From contig OZ250169.1 of the NCBI GenBank assembly GCA_965237955.1, positions 5,472,001 to 5,536,000 on the forward strand: a stretch of 64,000 nucleotides of DNA. The letters run 5' to 3'. The notes beneath the pieces were generated by a model that made no database searches, was not told the DNA's origin, and was given only the letters and a program-made list of their open reading frames with translations. Below, piece by piece: positions 19,010-28,763 of this stretch. This DNA is from Candidatus Marinacidobacterales bacterium. Lineage in GTDB: Bacteria > Acidobacteriota > Vicinamibacteria > Marinacidobacterales > SMYC01. The first letter of the stretch is position 1, and each line of letters starts with the position of its first letter. Both the position numbers and the translations under genes were made by a program.

Positions 19010-20023
19010 TCAGCCCACTCCGTCTTCGTGCCCTTCGACGAATCGCGCCCACGCGGGAGCGCTCGACGCGAGTCGCGTTCTGAGCGCAGCGATCTCGCCG
19101 CTGCTCATCGGTGTGAAGCTACGCGCGGCGGCGACGTTTTGTTCGAGGATGGGGATACTCGTGTGGCCGATATCGCACGAAGCGACGGGGAGCGACAGAT
19201 CGTAGCGGATGAGCTCCTCCGGTGTGGCTTGTGCCTCTCCATTGCCCACGATAGTGGCCCGGCCCATGACTTTCATGGCGATGACCCCGACTCCCTTCTC
19301 TACAGCGGCGGGAAGGACTTCTTCTTCGAACGCCGCCAACGGCTCGCCCGGCGTCATCGATAGGGGATGCACCGCCTGGGCCGCGTTCAGCGAGATGAGG
19401 AGCATATCGATGTCGAACCGCCGCACGGCTTCGAGCAAGACCTTTGGGTTGTAGTGCCCCGTGGCTCCGAATAAGCGGACCACCTTCTGGTCTCTCAGCT
19501 CTGTTAGCGCCGAAAGCGCTCCGTCGGGACGCTCGACGCGATCCAAATCTTCCATTTGGGAGAGGCTGTGCATCTGGATGAGATCGAGATGGTCGGTCTG
19601 CAAGAGCTCGAGGCTATAGTCGACGGAGCGCAACAGGCCGTCTCGATCCCGGTCTTGGGCTTTGCTGGCGAGAAAGATCCGGTTACGGTGCGGCGCGAGA
19701 ATTCGCCCGTAGTAGGTTTCCGAGAGCCGTTCATGGGGGCGAAACGTGTAGCCCGCTGCGGTGTCGAAGTAATTGATGCCGAGCTCGAGAGCCCGGTGGA
19801 TGAGCTCCGCGACTTTCTCTTCGCTCCCGCCGACGCCGCGAAGGAAGTGGCTTCCTCCCCCGAACGCAAGCACGGAGACGTTCACGCCGGTCTTGCCGAG
19901 CTCTCGCTGCGGAAGCACGGACGTTTGCGACGTACCCGAACTCGCAACCGCGGCCGTCAGACCCGCGCCCACCGTCGTCTTCAGGAAATCCCGGCGACCG
20001 ATCGTCTTTCCTGAACAAGTCAT
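19010..20023 (-). CDS. Tat-signal aldo/keto reductase
   Basis: RRDFLK, RELGKTG, YFDTAAGY and DHLDLIQMH motifs. Confidence 0.9.
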   Translation of the reverse strand: MTCSGKTIGRRDFLKTTVGAGLTAAVASSGTSQTSVLPQRELGKTGVNVSVLAFGGGSHFLRGVGGSEEKVAELIHRALELGINYFDTAAGYTFRPHERLSETYYGRILAPHRNRIFLASKAQDRDRDGLLRSVDYSLELLQTDHLDLIQMHSLSQMEDLDRVERPDGALSALTELRDQKVVRLFGATGHYNPKVLLEAVRRFDIDMLLISLNAAQAVHPLSMTPGEPLAAFEEEVLPAAVEKGVGVIAMKVMGRATIVGNGEAQATPEELIRYDLSLPVASCDIGHTSIPILEQNVAAARSFTPMSSGEIAALRTRLASSAPAWARFVEGHEDGVG

Positions 20024-20036
20024 GGCAAAGCCTCCC

Positions 20037-20335
20037 TTAGCTCTCGTTGGCCGTCGACCAACCGGTGCCGGCGCGCCACTTCACGTCGAGGTCTCTCTCA
20101 CGGTCGAGCAACTCGTCGTCCGAAATGCGGGGGCCCCACTCGTCTATCCCGAGAGCCGCAACCGCCTGGCTCTCTTCGTGGGGATTCCGCAGGGAGAGAC
20201 GCAGGTCCTCTCGGCGTCTCCGCTCGAGCTCGCGCCGGCCGCATCCAAGATGAACTTGCTGCGGTTTCGTGTCCTGCGATCGATGTCCTCGACGACCTCG
20301 CGGGGCATCGTTATCGTCACACGCTCCGTAGGCAT
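20037..20335 (-). pseudogene. Ribbon-helix-helix (CopG/MazE-like) antitoxin-type protein, one frameshift
   Basis: MPTERVTITMPREVVEDID..NRSKFI, continuing in a shifted frame as RRELERRRREDLRLSLRNPHEES... Confidence 0.65.
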
Positions 20336-20351
20336 ATGAGTAAGGTTCTCA

Positions 20352-21899
20352 TTAATTACCGTTATTTGGCACGAACCGCAAGTCCTCATAGTCGTAGCTC
20401 GAGTCGGCGGCGGCGGAGTACGGCTTCATGCGCATTTCTTCAATGGTACCGTCGGGTCCCATGGAGAAAGTCACGAACGCGTCCTCGATGGAGTGGTGGT
20501 CGAATCGTGCGACGAACGTATCGTAGTGCCAGTGCTCGAGGCGGGCATTGAACGGTGGAGACTTCGCGAACTGGAGGTGCAACGTGCCGCCGTTTTCCTC
20601 GATGACCGCATCGCCATAGAGGACATCGGTGTAGCGTCCGGCGTAGTCCGACAGCTTCAGGCTCGTGGATGTCGACGGGATGCGATTCTTTTCGATGGCC
20701 TCGAGCATCGGCTCGATCCGCCGGACCCATCGTTTCTCGGCGGCCTCACGCTGAGCGGCGGTCCAATCCGTCCGCGGTGCCCCGAAGTAGCTGTCCAGTA
20801 CCCAGTAGATCAACGCAGTCTGCACCGACGTCTCTTGGTTCGTGAGCACGACGATGCCGAGGTTCTCCTCCGGTACCAGCGTCGTCAGCGACGTCATCCC
20901 CGCGAGGCCCCCGCCGTGATGGACCAGCTTGCGACCACGATAATCCTTGAGGCGCCAGGCGAGTCCGTAGGCCGCGAAGTGTGGGTGTCGTGACGCGAGC
21001 TGCGGTGACGGTTTCCCGATCGGCAAGATCGTGTGTGGCGTCCACATCTGGCCGGCTTGCTTTTCGGAGTAGACGCGAACGTCGCGGAACTTGCCGCGCC
21101 CGAGCTGGAGCAGAAGCCAGTGACTCAGGTCGGCGGCGCTGGCATTGATGGCGCCGGCTCCACCCAGGTTGTCCACGTTCTCGGGCGTGATGGTCTGGAC
21201 CGTTCCCTTCACGCGCACATGAGGCGTGGCCCAGTTGCCGCTTCCGTCTCGCTTACGAATCGTCGTGTTCGAAGACGTCATCCCGAGTGGCGTGAAAATG
21301 CGCTCGGCCAGCAGTGAGTCCCAGCTTTTCCCAGAAACAGCCTCCGCAAGCTCTCCCGTTGCAATGAACATCACGTTTTGGTAGCCGTACCGACTGCGGA
21401 AGCTGTACGCGGGCTTGATGAAGCGAATGCGATGCAGGATCTCGTCGCGCGTGTACGTCGAGCGCAGCCAGAGCAAATCACCGCCGCCCGACGCGATCCC
21501 GCTTCGATGCGACAGGAGATCGCGGACCGTCAGCTCGCGCGTGGCGTAAGCGTCGTAGAGACGAAACCCGGGAAGGTGATCGATGACGCGGTCGTTCCAG
21601 TTGAGCACGCCCTCGTCGACGAGCGTGGCGAGAAGTGCGGCGGTGAAAGCCTTTGTGTTCGAGGCGATCGCGAAGAGCGTATCGGCGTCGACAGGCGTCG
21701 ATTCACCGAGCGTCCGGACGCCGAAGCCTTGGGTGAGAACGACGCGGCCGTCTTTCACGATCGCGACAGCGGCGCCGGGAACTTCGTAGGCCGCGAACGA
21801 CTCTTTCGCGTATTTCTCGAAGGCGCCGAGGTCGAGCTCTTGGGCAGGAGCGACCGGTGCGACGAATGCAGCGAGAATGACGTATCGCAGGGTCTTCAT
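20352..21899 (-). CDS. Serine hydrolase (class C beta-lactamase-like) with DUF3471-like C-terminus
   Basis: IASNTK (SxxK), YQN (YxN), LLSHRSG and HGGG motifs; signal peptide. Confidence 0.9.
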   Translation of the reverse strand: MKTLRYVILAAFVAPVAPAQELDLGAFEKYAKESFAAYEVPGAAVAIVKDGRVVLTQGFGVRTLGESTPVDADTLFAIASNTKAFTAALLATLVDEGVLNWNDRVIDHLPGFRLYDAYATRELTVRDLLSHRSGIASGGGDLLWLRSTYTRDEILHRIRFIKPAYSFRSRYGYQNVMFIATGELAEAVSGKSWDSLLAERIFTPLGMTSSNTTIRKRDGSGNWATPHVRVKGTVQTITPENVDNLGGAGAINASAADLSHWLLLQLGRGKFRDVRVYSEKQAGQMWTPHTILPIGKPSPQLASRHPHFAAYGLAWRLKDYRGRKLVHHGGGLAGMTSLTTLVPEENLGIVVLTNQETSVQTALIYWVLDSYFGAPRTDWTAAQREAAEKRWVRRIEPMLEAIEKNRIPSTSTSLKLSDYAGRYTDVLYGDAVIEENGGTLHLQFAKSPPFNARLEHWHYDTFVARFDHHSIEDAFVTFSMGPDGTIEEMRMKPYSAAADSSYDYEDLRFVPNNGN

Positions 21900-21956
21900 A
21901 GTTGCGAGGTTAGCACACGATTTTCCGAGCCACGCTGCTAGAATGCCGACATCACA

Positions 21957-22178
21957 ATGAACCTTTCCGCTGGTCAGACACTGGGCGTCTTCGAGATCCT
22001 CGGTGCCATCGGCGCCGGCGGCATGGGCGATGTCTACAAAGCTCGCGATACCCGGCTCGACCGGACGGTGGCCATCAAAGTGATGCCGTCGCACCTTTCG
22101 GAGGTCCTCGTTGACACCCAGTCTGCAACCGGTTTTGCGACAGACTCTTCCGTCAAGGACCGGTTCGGCGCTTCTTAG
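21957..22178 (+). pseudogene. Ser/Thr protein kinase N-terminal stub
   Basis: IGAGGMGDVYKARDTRLDRTVAIKV, then homology is lost. Confidence 0.85.
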
Positions 22179-22253
22179 TCCTGGAGCGGATTGGCGATCC
22201 CCCTCCGTTGACGCTTATACAGAACTGGACGGCAGAGCTTCTCTGATCAGAGG

Positions 22254-22313
22254 TGTAGCCGACCGCGCTACACCCGAGCGCGCCCAACACCCCCTGTAGT
22301 CAGGTCGTCTACA
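22254..22313. promoter_or_regulatory. Paired palindromic enhancer-like sites TGTAG-N9-CTACA
   Basis: Sites at 22254-22272 and 22295-22313, 41 bp apart, upstream of a sigma-54 motif. Confidence 0.7.
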
Positions 22314-22385
22314 CGCCTCGCCGAGGAACCTGGCTGCAAGCCGTTCGACCGTCGAGAGATCCCCACCACGCTCGCTTGGCCGTTC

Positions 22386-22401
22386 TGGCATCCATCATGC
22401 A
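22386..22401 (+). promoter_or_regulatory. Sigma-54 (-24/-12) promoter
   Basis: TGGCATCCATCATGCA has exact GG-N10-GC spacing; GAGGA RBS and ATG 22443 follow. Confidence 0.75.
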
Positions 22402-22442
22402 ATAGACGTAGAGCATCCAAACAATTTCAAGAGGACATCGCT

Positions 22443-23369
22443 ATGACGTTGGTCATGGAGAAGACCCAGGCGTCCGCCACGGATACGACGACACCGGGCT
22501 CGTTCGAGCTGAAGGTCGAAATCGGAAAGACCGCGGCGTTTGCTTTCCTTTTAGACCCGTCGGGAGACGGCTCGGGGCCCGAGCACTTCCGTCAAGGCCG
22601 GAACCGACTGCCCCGCTACTTCGATTGGCTCCAGGTTCCTTCGGAGCGCGCCTTGTCGCTCGTCGACGAGCTCATGCCGCGTCATCCCGAGGTTCTGCCT
22701 CCGCTGCCTTTCAACCTTCTCGTCTCGCCACGTTGGGCGGGGAGCGCGCAGTCCGTCGAGGTCTTCGTGAACATGGCCTTCCGTCGTCACAACGAGTTGC
22801 TCGTCCGCGTCCCGGCATGGGCCAAGTTTCTGATAGGGCACCAACCGATCGAGCGGTGGATTGCGCTGCAGCCCTATCTCGCTCGACTCGGGACAGTCGG
22901 CTTGATTGGTGTCGACACGTCGAGCACGGAAGGACACGCCCTCGAGGTACTCGTCAGGGCCGACGATCTCCAAGCGGAGGATCTGAAACGGCTCGCGACG
23001 CTGGCCGGGGCACCGTCGGGTCAACTCCTTCACTTGTGGCGATCGCTCTCCATGACAGGCGTCAGCGACCCCGGCCCGACAATACTGTCGATAAGACTCG
23101 CGGGTGATGAATCGCTCGACGTGGGCGTCACGTTCCCGGCCCGGCGCGCGGGATCATCCATCGGGATTCAGAAACGGATTCAGTCGTTGGCGCACGTCTA
23201 CGACCTCGAGATCCGTAGGTATCTCAAATCGATCGAAGAGCTGAAACGGCTGTCGGGTCGCGCTCCTGAGCACACCGTGCTCGGGTTCTCCTCGAAGAAC
23301 GGCCGGATTGTTCTAACCGCTTCCTCCGAATCGGTTGCGGCACCCTACGGGATGTCACGCGCGTCATAA
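22443..23369 (+). CDS. Divergent DMATS/ABBA aromatic prenyltransferase-fold protein, probably lacking prenyltransferase activity
   Basis: Colinear motif echoes (SFELK, AFLLDP, FNLL..EVFVN, GVDTS..LEVLVR..EDLKR, VTFPAR); judged by eye only. Confidence 0.55.
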   Translation: MTLVMEKTQASATDTTTPGSFELKVEIGKTAAFAFLLDPSGDGSGPEHFRQGRNRLPRYFDWLQVPSERALSLVDELMPRHPEVLPPLPFNLLVSPRWAGSAQSVEVFVNMAFRRHNELLVRVPAWAKFLIGHQPIERWIALQPYLARLGTVGLIGVDTSSTEGHALEVLVRADDLQAEDLKRLATLAGAPSGQLLHLWRSLSMTGVSDPGPTILSIRLAGDESLDVGVTFPARRAGSSIGIQKRIQSLAHVYDLEIRRYLKSIEELKRLSGRAPEHTVLGFSSKNGRIVLTASSESVAAPYGMSRAS

Positions 23370-24978
23370 ACCTCCCGCGACGTCGACGACAGCTCCAGAT
23401 TCATCTTCCGGAGCAAGTCCTGGAACCTCGGCTCGGAGTGGAGCATGTGCCAATCCCAGGCCACGGCGAGGTGCACCAAAGCGGGTTCGCGCTCTTCGAA
23501 TGCCTTCTCCAGCCACGCGAGCGCCTGAAGTTTGTTTCCAGCGTGAGCATACAGGCGAGCGACACGCACGGCGCCAACGTAATTTTCCTCGGAGCGTGCC
23601 GCGAGTCTTTCGGCAGCGACGCTCATCGCTTTCCGGTAGTCAGACTCCGTGGCACCGTTTGTTAGTGCTTCCGCAACTTCCGTTCTTCCCAAGAGAGTGA
23701 AAAAGTCCTTCGCCGCCTTCAGCGCCTCGTTACTCACACGTTTTCTGTAAAGAGCACCCCAAAGTCCTTGACGCGCCGTTGGAAAATTCGGCTCTGTTCT
23801 GAGCGCCCGTCGGAGCTCGACAAGGGCGTCATCGTTGCGGCCGAGATACAGCAGGACCAGCCATGAAAACACTGGTAGAACGCATTGAATGGATCGAGCT
23901 CGAGTGCTCGTTCGAGCTCGACCATGGCCTCGGACGGCCGGTTCATCGAGATCAGAAAATCCGAGTAGAAGAAGTGCCCGTCAGCGTAATTTTGGTTGAG
24001 CTGAACGGCTCGTCGAAACTCCTTCTCCGCGCTCGCCCAGTCCCAATCGTGGACGAAGTGGACGTTCGCCAGCATGCCGTGAACTTCCGCGAGCGTGTCA
24101 TCCATGGCCATCGCCGTCAGGAGCGACGCCTTCATGCGAGCATGTGCTTCCGGTGGGGGTGTGACGCCACAATCACCCTTGGAAAACCAGGTGTAAGCGA
24201 TGCCCACGTGCGGGAGCGCGTAATGGCGATCTTTCTTCAGGGAGAGCTGGAAGTACTCGAGCGCGGTGTCGAGGTGGTCTGGTGAGAGCTTGTACCAGTG
24301 GAACCGTCCTTTGAGATAAGCCTCGTAGGCTTCGCGGCTGACTTTGCGGTCTCCCCCGAGTCGCTCGGTATCCTCCGGCGTCAACGCTACGTGGATCTCG
24401 GACGCGATCGCCCGCGCGAGCTCGCTTTGAAGCGCAAGGACGTCTCCTAGATCTCGTTCATAACTTTCAGCCCAAAGATGCTCATCCGTCCGACCGTCGA
24501 TGAGCTGGATCGTGACGCGAACCCGCTCGCCGACGCGCAATACCGAGCCTTCGATGACGGCGTCCACACCCAGCTCCCGGGAAATCTCGGGAATCGATCG
24601 GCGCGCTTCGTTGTAGCGCATGACCGATCGGCGGGAGATCACCCTCAAGGCACCGATTTTCGACAGGTCCGTGATCAACGCATCATGCATTCCGAGCACG
24701 AGGTATTCCTGGTCCGGATCGCGCGTGAGGTTTTCGAGTGGCAGGACGGCGATCCCGAATCTCTTGCGGGATATCTCATGAGGACGTCGGCTCTCGAGCC
24801 AGGTATCGATCTCGGAGTGATACGCGTAGACGCTGGCTTGTTTCTGGTGGACGTGGCGGTGGACAGGAAGGCCTTCCTCCTTCTCCCATCGCCGCACCGT
24901 GCTCGTATCGCGATCGAGGTAGACCGCGATCTCTTTCCACGACTCCAGTCGTTCGGCGGAACGAGAATCAAGGCCCAT
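23345..24978 (-). pseudogene. HTH-TolB_N-TPR regulator, frameshift near 23862
   Basis: RLESWKEIAVYLDRDTSTVRRWEK, IAVLPLENL, LWAESYER, TPR repeats continuing in ORF 23345..23872. Confidence 0.8.
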
Positions 24979-25135
24979 CGAGCTAGAGTCTACTGGCGCC
25001 ACCCGCGGAGAATCAAAGGCGGTGCCGAGGTGCTCGTGCGCGCGCAAAGGTGCTCAAAGTCGCGTGGCCACGCTCCCATGTCTTGACGGTACCCGGAACT
25101 CCTTGTAGCGTTGGGACCTATCAAGGAGAGTGCTG

Positions 25136-25528
25136 ATGGAAACGACGCAGGACAAGGGCAGCGAGTTGCTCAACGATTATGCGGCCGCACTAACGGCTGG
25201 AGACATGGAACGTTGGATGTCTCTGTGGGCAGAGTCTGGCATACAGATGGCACCGGATGCTCCGTCTCGCACGAGTCAAGAGCAGATTCGCGTTGCGATG
25301 GAGCCGTTTTTCGATCTCTACGATCACGAGATGACGGTGGATTGCCAGGACGTCCGGCTTGCGAGTGCGTGGGGATTCGTTCGCGGTGAGTTCACGCACG
25401 AGAGCAAAGCGAAAAACGGCAGTGGCAAAGCAAGTCGTACCGGCAAGTTCTTGACGATTGTCGAGAAACAAGACGGTGGCGCGTGGAAGATCGTGTGCGA
25501 CTGCTTCAACTACAACGCACCCGCGTAG
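25136..25528 (+). CDS. SnoaL/DUF4440 (NTF2-like) protein
   Basis: YAAALTAGD...GKFLTIVEKQDGGAWKI; AAGGAG RBS. Confidence 0.85.
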   Translation: METTQDKGSELLNDYAAALTAGDMERWMSLWAESGIQMAPDAPSRTSQEQIRVAMEPFFDLYDHEMTVDCQDVRLASAWGFVRGEFTHESKAKNGSGKASRTGKFLTIVEKQDGGAWKIVCDCFNYNAPA

Positions 25529-26609
25529 GTGCGTCGCCGGGGCGCACCTAGCTGACCTCGTCTTTCATCGATTTTCCACTGAATGAAATCCGCCCCGTAC
25601 ACGTGCTCCGCCTCGAGCTGGTTATGGGCGGGGCAGAGGAGACGCAAAAAACGTTCATCGTTGCTGAGGAAGATGGCGAACGGTCGCACGTGGTCGATCT
25701 GAAGGCCGGTCCGCGAGCTGCATCGTGTCCGGTTAGGGCCCCGGTATTCACATTGATGACCCGCACGAGCGTGGACCCGCTCGACGACCTCGGAGGGAAT
25801 GTAGCGGGACTTGGCGGGCTCGTCGTCCCTCGGGTTTTTCACAATCTCGTCCGGACGAGATGGCCGTTGGCGCCCTTTCCGGCGTTCGAGCTTCTTCTTT
25901 GGGTCCTTTTTCTCGAGGGCGATGTCGAGAGCTTTCTCGATAATCTCGGCCATGTGCTTCTGAGTGTTCTCGACACCCAGGACTTCGGCCAGCCGTTCGA
26001 ACTTGTCTTTGAAGTTGCGGTCGGCCGTGAACCTGAAGTTGAATTCGTCGGGTCGCGCGGGCTGGAGAATGTTGGGGGAGCTCGATGATCGCGGCGGTTT
26101 GGTCGTCGTCACGTCGTGCACGGGCGTCGTTTCGACTTGCGGTCGTTTTGGCTCGGGGCGCTTTCGGATGGATGGCTCGAAGACGGGTTTGGGCTCGAGG
26201 GTCACCAGGTGCTCGAGTACGGCGTTTTTGGTCATCCCAGCACAGTCGGAAAGGAGCTGGTCGACGTTGTCTTCACTCAGATGGGGCGCCAAGAGACCGG
26301 CGACGGTGAGACTGAGACGGTTTTTACTCAACGCGACGAGCAGCTGAGGGAAGCGAATCGAGACATTCGCGACGTGGATTCTTGATGCGACCGAGCCCTC
26401 GCTCAGATGGAGCCTCTTGACGCAGTAGTCGAAGAGGCTTTGTAGCCGAGCTCCAGCGCGGCCTTACGTCTCGACATTTCGGCGACATGAGCGATTAGCT
26501 TGGCGACGTTTCGTTTCTCGGCGCAAACCAATTGTTCTGCTGATCGGTCGAGCTCCCCATTCGAGAGCCGTTCGAGTTTTGCGAAGTATGTCTTGAACCT
26601 ATCGAGCAT
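25510..26609 (-). pseudogene. HNH endonuclease with long N-terminal helical domain, frameshifted
   Basis: LIAHVAEMSRRK..LGY N-terminus; SRYIP, CEY..C, LQIDHVRPFA and LLCPAHN motifs. Confidence 0.8.
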
Positions 26610-26863
26610 CGTTTTCCCGCGTTCGAAGAGTCAGTAATAAAGTATACCCCCTGGTTTTTGCTCGCCCAGAGATTGCGAGAGAGTGGCGAAGACGAGGAAA
26701 TCTGAAACGAAAGTCGGAAACCAGGTCACGACCGCGTCTGGGGCCATGGGAGCGTTTGTGAGCGCCCTTGTGAGAGCGGAGGTGGTCGAGAACAAATTTG
26801 TTCCACGAAAGCTGTCAAGATTTTTTTGTGTTTTTTTTGAAGTCGATGATAGCTTCTGTAGGA

Positions 26864-27661
26864 ATGAGCGAGACGCAATCCATTCCCTTGTTAGGTCTCG
26901 GCACGTGGGACTTTCGGGGTGCCGACTGCGTGCGCGCGGTTCGCGAAGCGCTTGACATCGGGTACCGCCACGTCGATACGGCACAAATGTATGAGAACGA
27001 GCGCGAGGTCGGTCGGGGGCTGAGCGAGTCGGGTGTCGACCGAGAGCAGGTGTTCGTCACGACGAAGCTCTGGCTCGATAACTTGACGCGGAACGCCGTG
27101 TCCTCGAGTTTCGAAGAGAGCTTGAAGCGGCTGGCGACGGAGTATGTCGATCTTCTCCTGATCCACTGGCCGAGCGGCGAGGTGCCTCTCGAGGAAACGC
27201 TCGATGCCATGGACCGTGTCCGCGAGTCTGGAAAGGCGCGTGCCATCGGCGTCAGCAACTTTCCGACGGCGCTTTGGAAACGGGCGCTGGAGCTAGCTCG
27301 GGTGCCGGTGAACCAGGTGGAGTTTCATCCGTTTCTGGACCAGAGCGCTCTCATGGGTTTTGCGCGCGAGCGCGATCTTCGGCTGGTCGCCTACAGGCCC
27401 ATCGCCAAAGGAAAAGTCGCCGAGGAGCCGGCGATCGTGGAGGTCGCGCGCACGCACGAGCGCACTCCAGCCCAGGTGGCCCTACGGTGGGTGGTCCAAC
27501 AAGGAGTGTCTGCCATTCCGAAATCGTCACGCCGCGATCACCTCGAAGAGAATTTGCGCATCTTCGACTTCACGTTGAGCGACGACGAGATGCAACGGAT
27601 GTCGGCGCTCGGTCGCGGTCTCAGACTCGTCGACCCGGGCTGGGCGCCCGATTGGGACTAG
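26864..27661 (+). CDS. Aldo/keto reductase (2,5-DKG reductase-like)
   Basis: LGLGTW, GYRHVDTAQMYENE, LIHWP, IGVSNF and IPKSS motifs. Confidence 0.93.
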   Translation: MSETQSIPLLGLGTWDFRGADCVRAVREALDIGYRHVDTAQMYENEREVGRGLSESGVDREQVFVTTKLWLDNLTRNAVSSSFEESLKRLATEYVDLLLIHWPSGEVPLEETLDAMDRVRESGKARAIGVSNFPTALWKRALELARVPVNQVEFHPFLDQSALMGFARERDLRLVAYRPIAKGKVAEEPAIVEVARTHERTPAQVALRWVVQQGVSAIPKSSRRDHLEENLRIFDFTLSDDEMQRMSALGRGLRLVDPGWAPDWD

Positions 27662-27693
27662 CCCTATCATGTTGCTAGAATCGCCGACAGTCC

Positions 27694-27806
27694 ATGGCGC
27701 TCGCACGCGGGGAGCTTGCCGAGAGTGCGGAGCGACGGGCTTTCTATACTTCACCTGGGAAGAATATCTCGGCGACGTCTGGGTGATGGACGTGGTTTAT
27801 GAGTAG
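27694..27806 (+). pseudogene. Collapsed kinase-TolB gene: first codons joined to last codons
   Basis: MALARG start behind TGCTAGAAT (same spacing as the kinase stub at 21957), then FLYFTWEEYLGDVWVMDVVYE*. Confidence 0.5.
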
Positions 27807-28028
27807 CGGCGTACCCCACGCCACCCGATGGCGCTAGCGCGCCATCGACCGCTGTCAGGGCTAGCGGTCGCGCGCGGCTCTCAACGGGTCTTCGGCTGCG
27901 CGAATCTGATCGACGTAGGCTCTGCAGGTCGCGTCCGTTCCGCCGGGACGCCGAGCAGCGGCGAAACAGTTGCGCTCGGCTTCTGCGAGCCGGTCGATTT
28001 GGTCTTCTATTTGCTCAACTTGCGTTTG

Positions 28029-28763
28029 TCAGGGAAGGGCGGGAACCTCGGAAGAGGGGAAGAGGTTGGAATCCTCGTCAGCGAAGACGACTTCGATTCT
28101 GTAGCTCTTCGCGTCGTCATAGGATGCTAGAAGCCAATTGCGGATGAAATCCTCGGTTTTCTTACGGCCGAGCTCTCTCACGAGCGCGATGTTCTCCTGA
28201 GCGCGCATCTTCGAGAGGTTCGGGAGGCCGCGTTTCAGGTTTTCGAGCGCTTCCTCTTCGTCTCGTAGCACGCTTCGGTCAGCGACGTCATAACGAAGGT
28301 TGGAGACGTCGATGGCGGGCTGGTTGTATCGAATCTCGGGCGCGTGCACGAGAACGGTTTGGTCCTCGATGAGAAGCTCCCATCGATCGTCGAGGTTGAG
28401 GTAGTAGGTGTACTCGACTGGAGCCTCGGCGCGGACGACGACGTCGGGAAGAGCGAATTGGCCCCAGAGCACGGTTGCACTGTCGGTGCGCTCGAACACC
28501 TCGACCTGCTTCAGATTCGCAAACTGCAGGTAGTTGCTGCCGCTCATCTCGGCCGCGTAGCTGATGAAGCGGGTGGTGACGGTTCCGCTTTTGAATGCCT
28601 CGATGAGCGACCGCCCGGAATCGATGACGTCCCCGGGTAGGCTGCGTGTCGAGTGGAAGACGTACGCGACCAACGCGAGGGAAGCGAGCCCGAGAAGCGT
28701 AACGACGCGCGGCCAGGGCGACTTCCGATCCGTGTTGTCCGGTGACGACACCATCCCTCTCAT
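28029..28763 (-). CDS. DUF4230-like membrane-anchored protein
   Basis: Single TM helix; PDVVVRAEAPVEYTYYLNL. Confidence 0.65.
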   Translation of the reverse strand: MRGMVSSPDNTDRKSPWPRVVTLLGLASLALVAYVFHSTRSLPGDVIDSGRSLIEAFKSGTVTTRFISYAAEMSGSNYLQFANLKQVEVFERTDSATVLWGQFALPDVVVRAEAPVEYTYYLNLDDRWELLIEDQTVLVHAPEIRYNQPAIDVSNLRYDVADRSVLRDEEEALENLKRGLPNLSKMRAQENIALVRELGRKKTEDFIRNWLLASYDDAKSYRIEVVFADEDSNLFPSSEVPALP

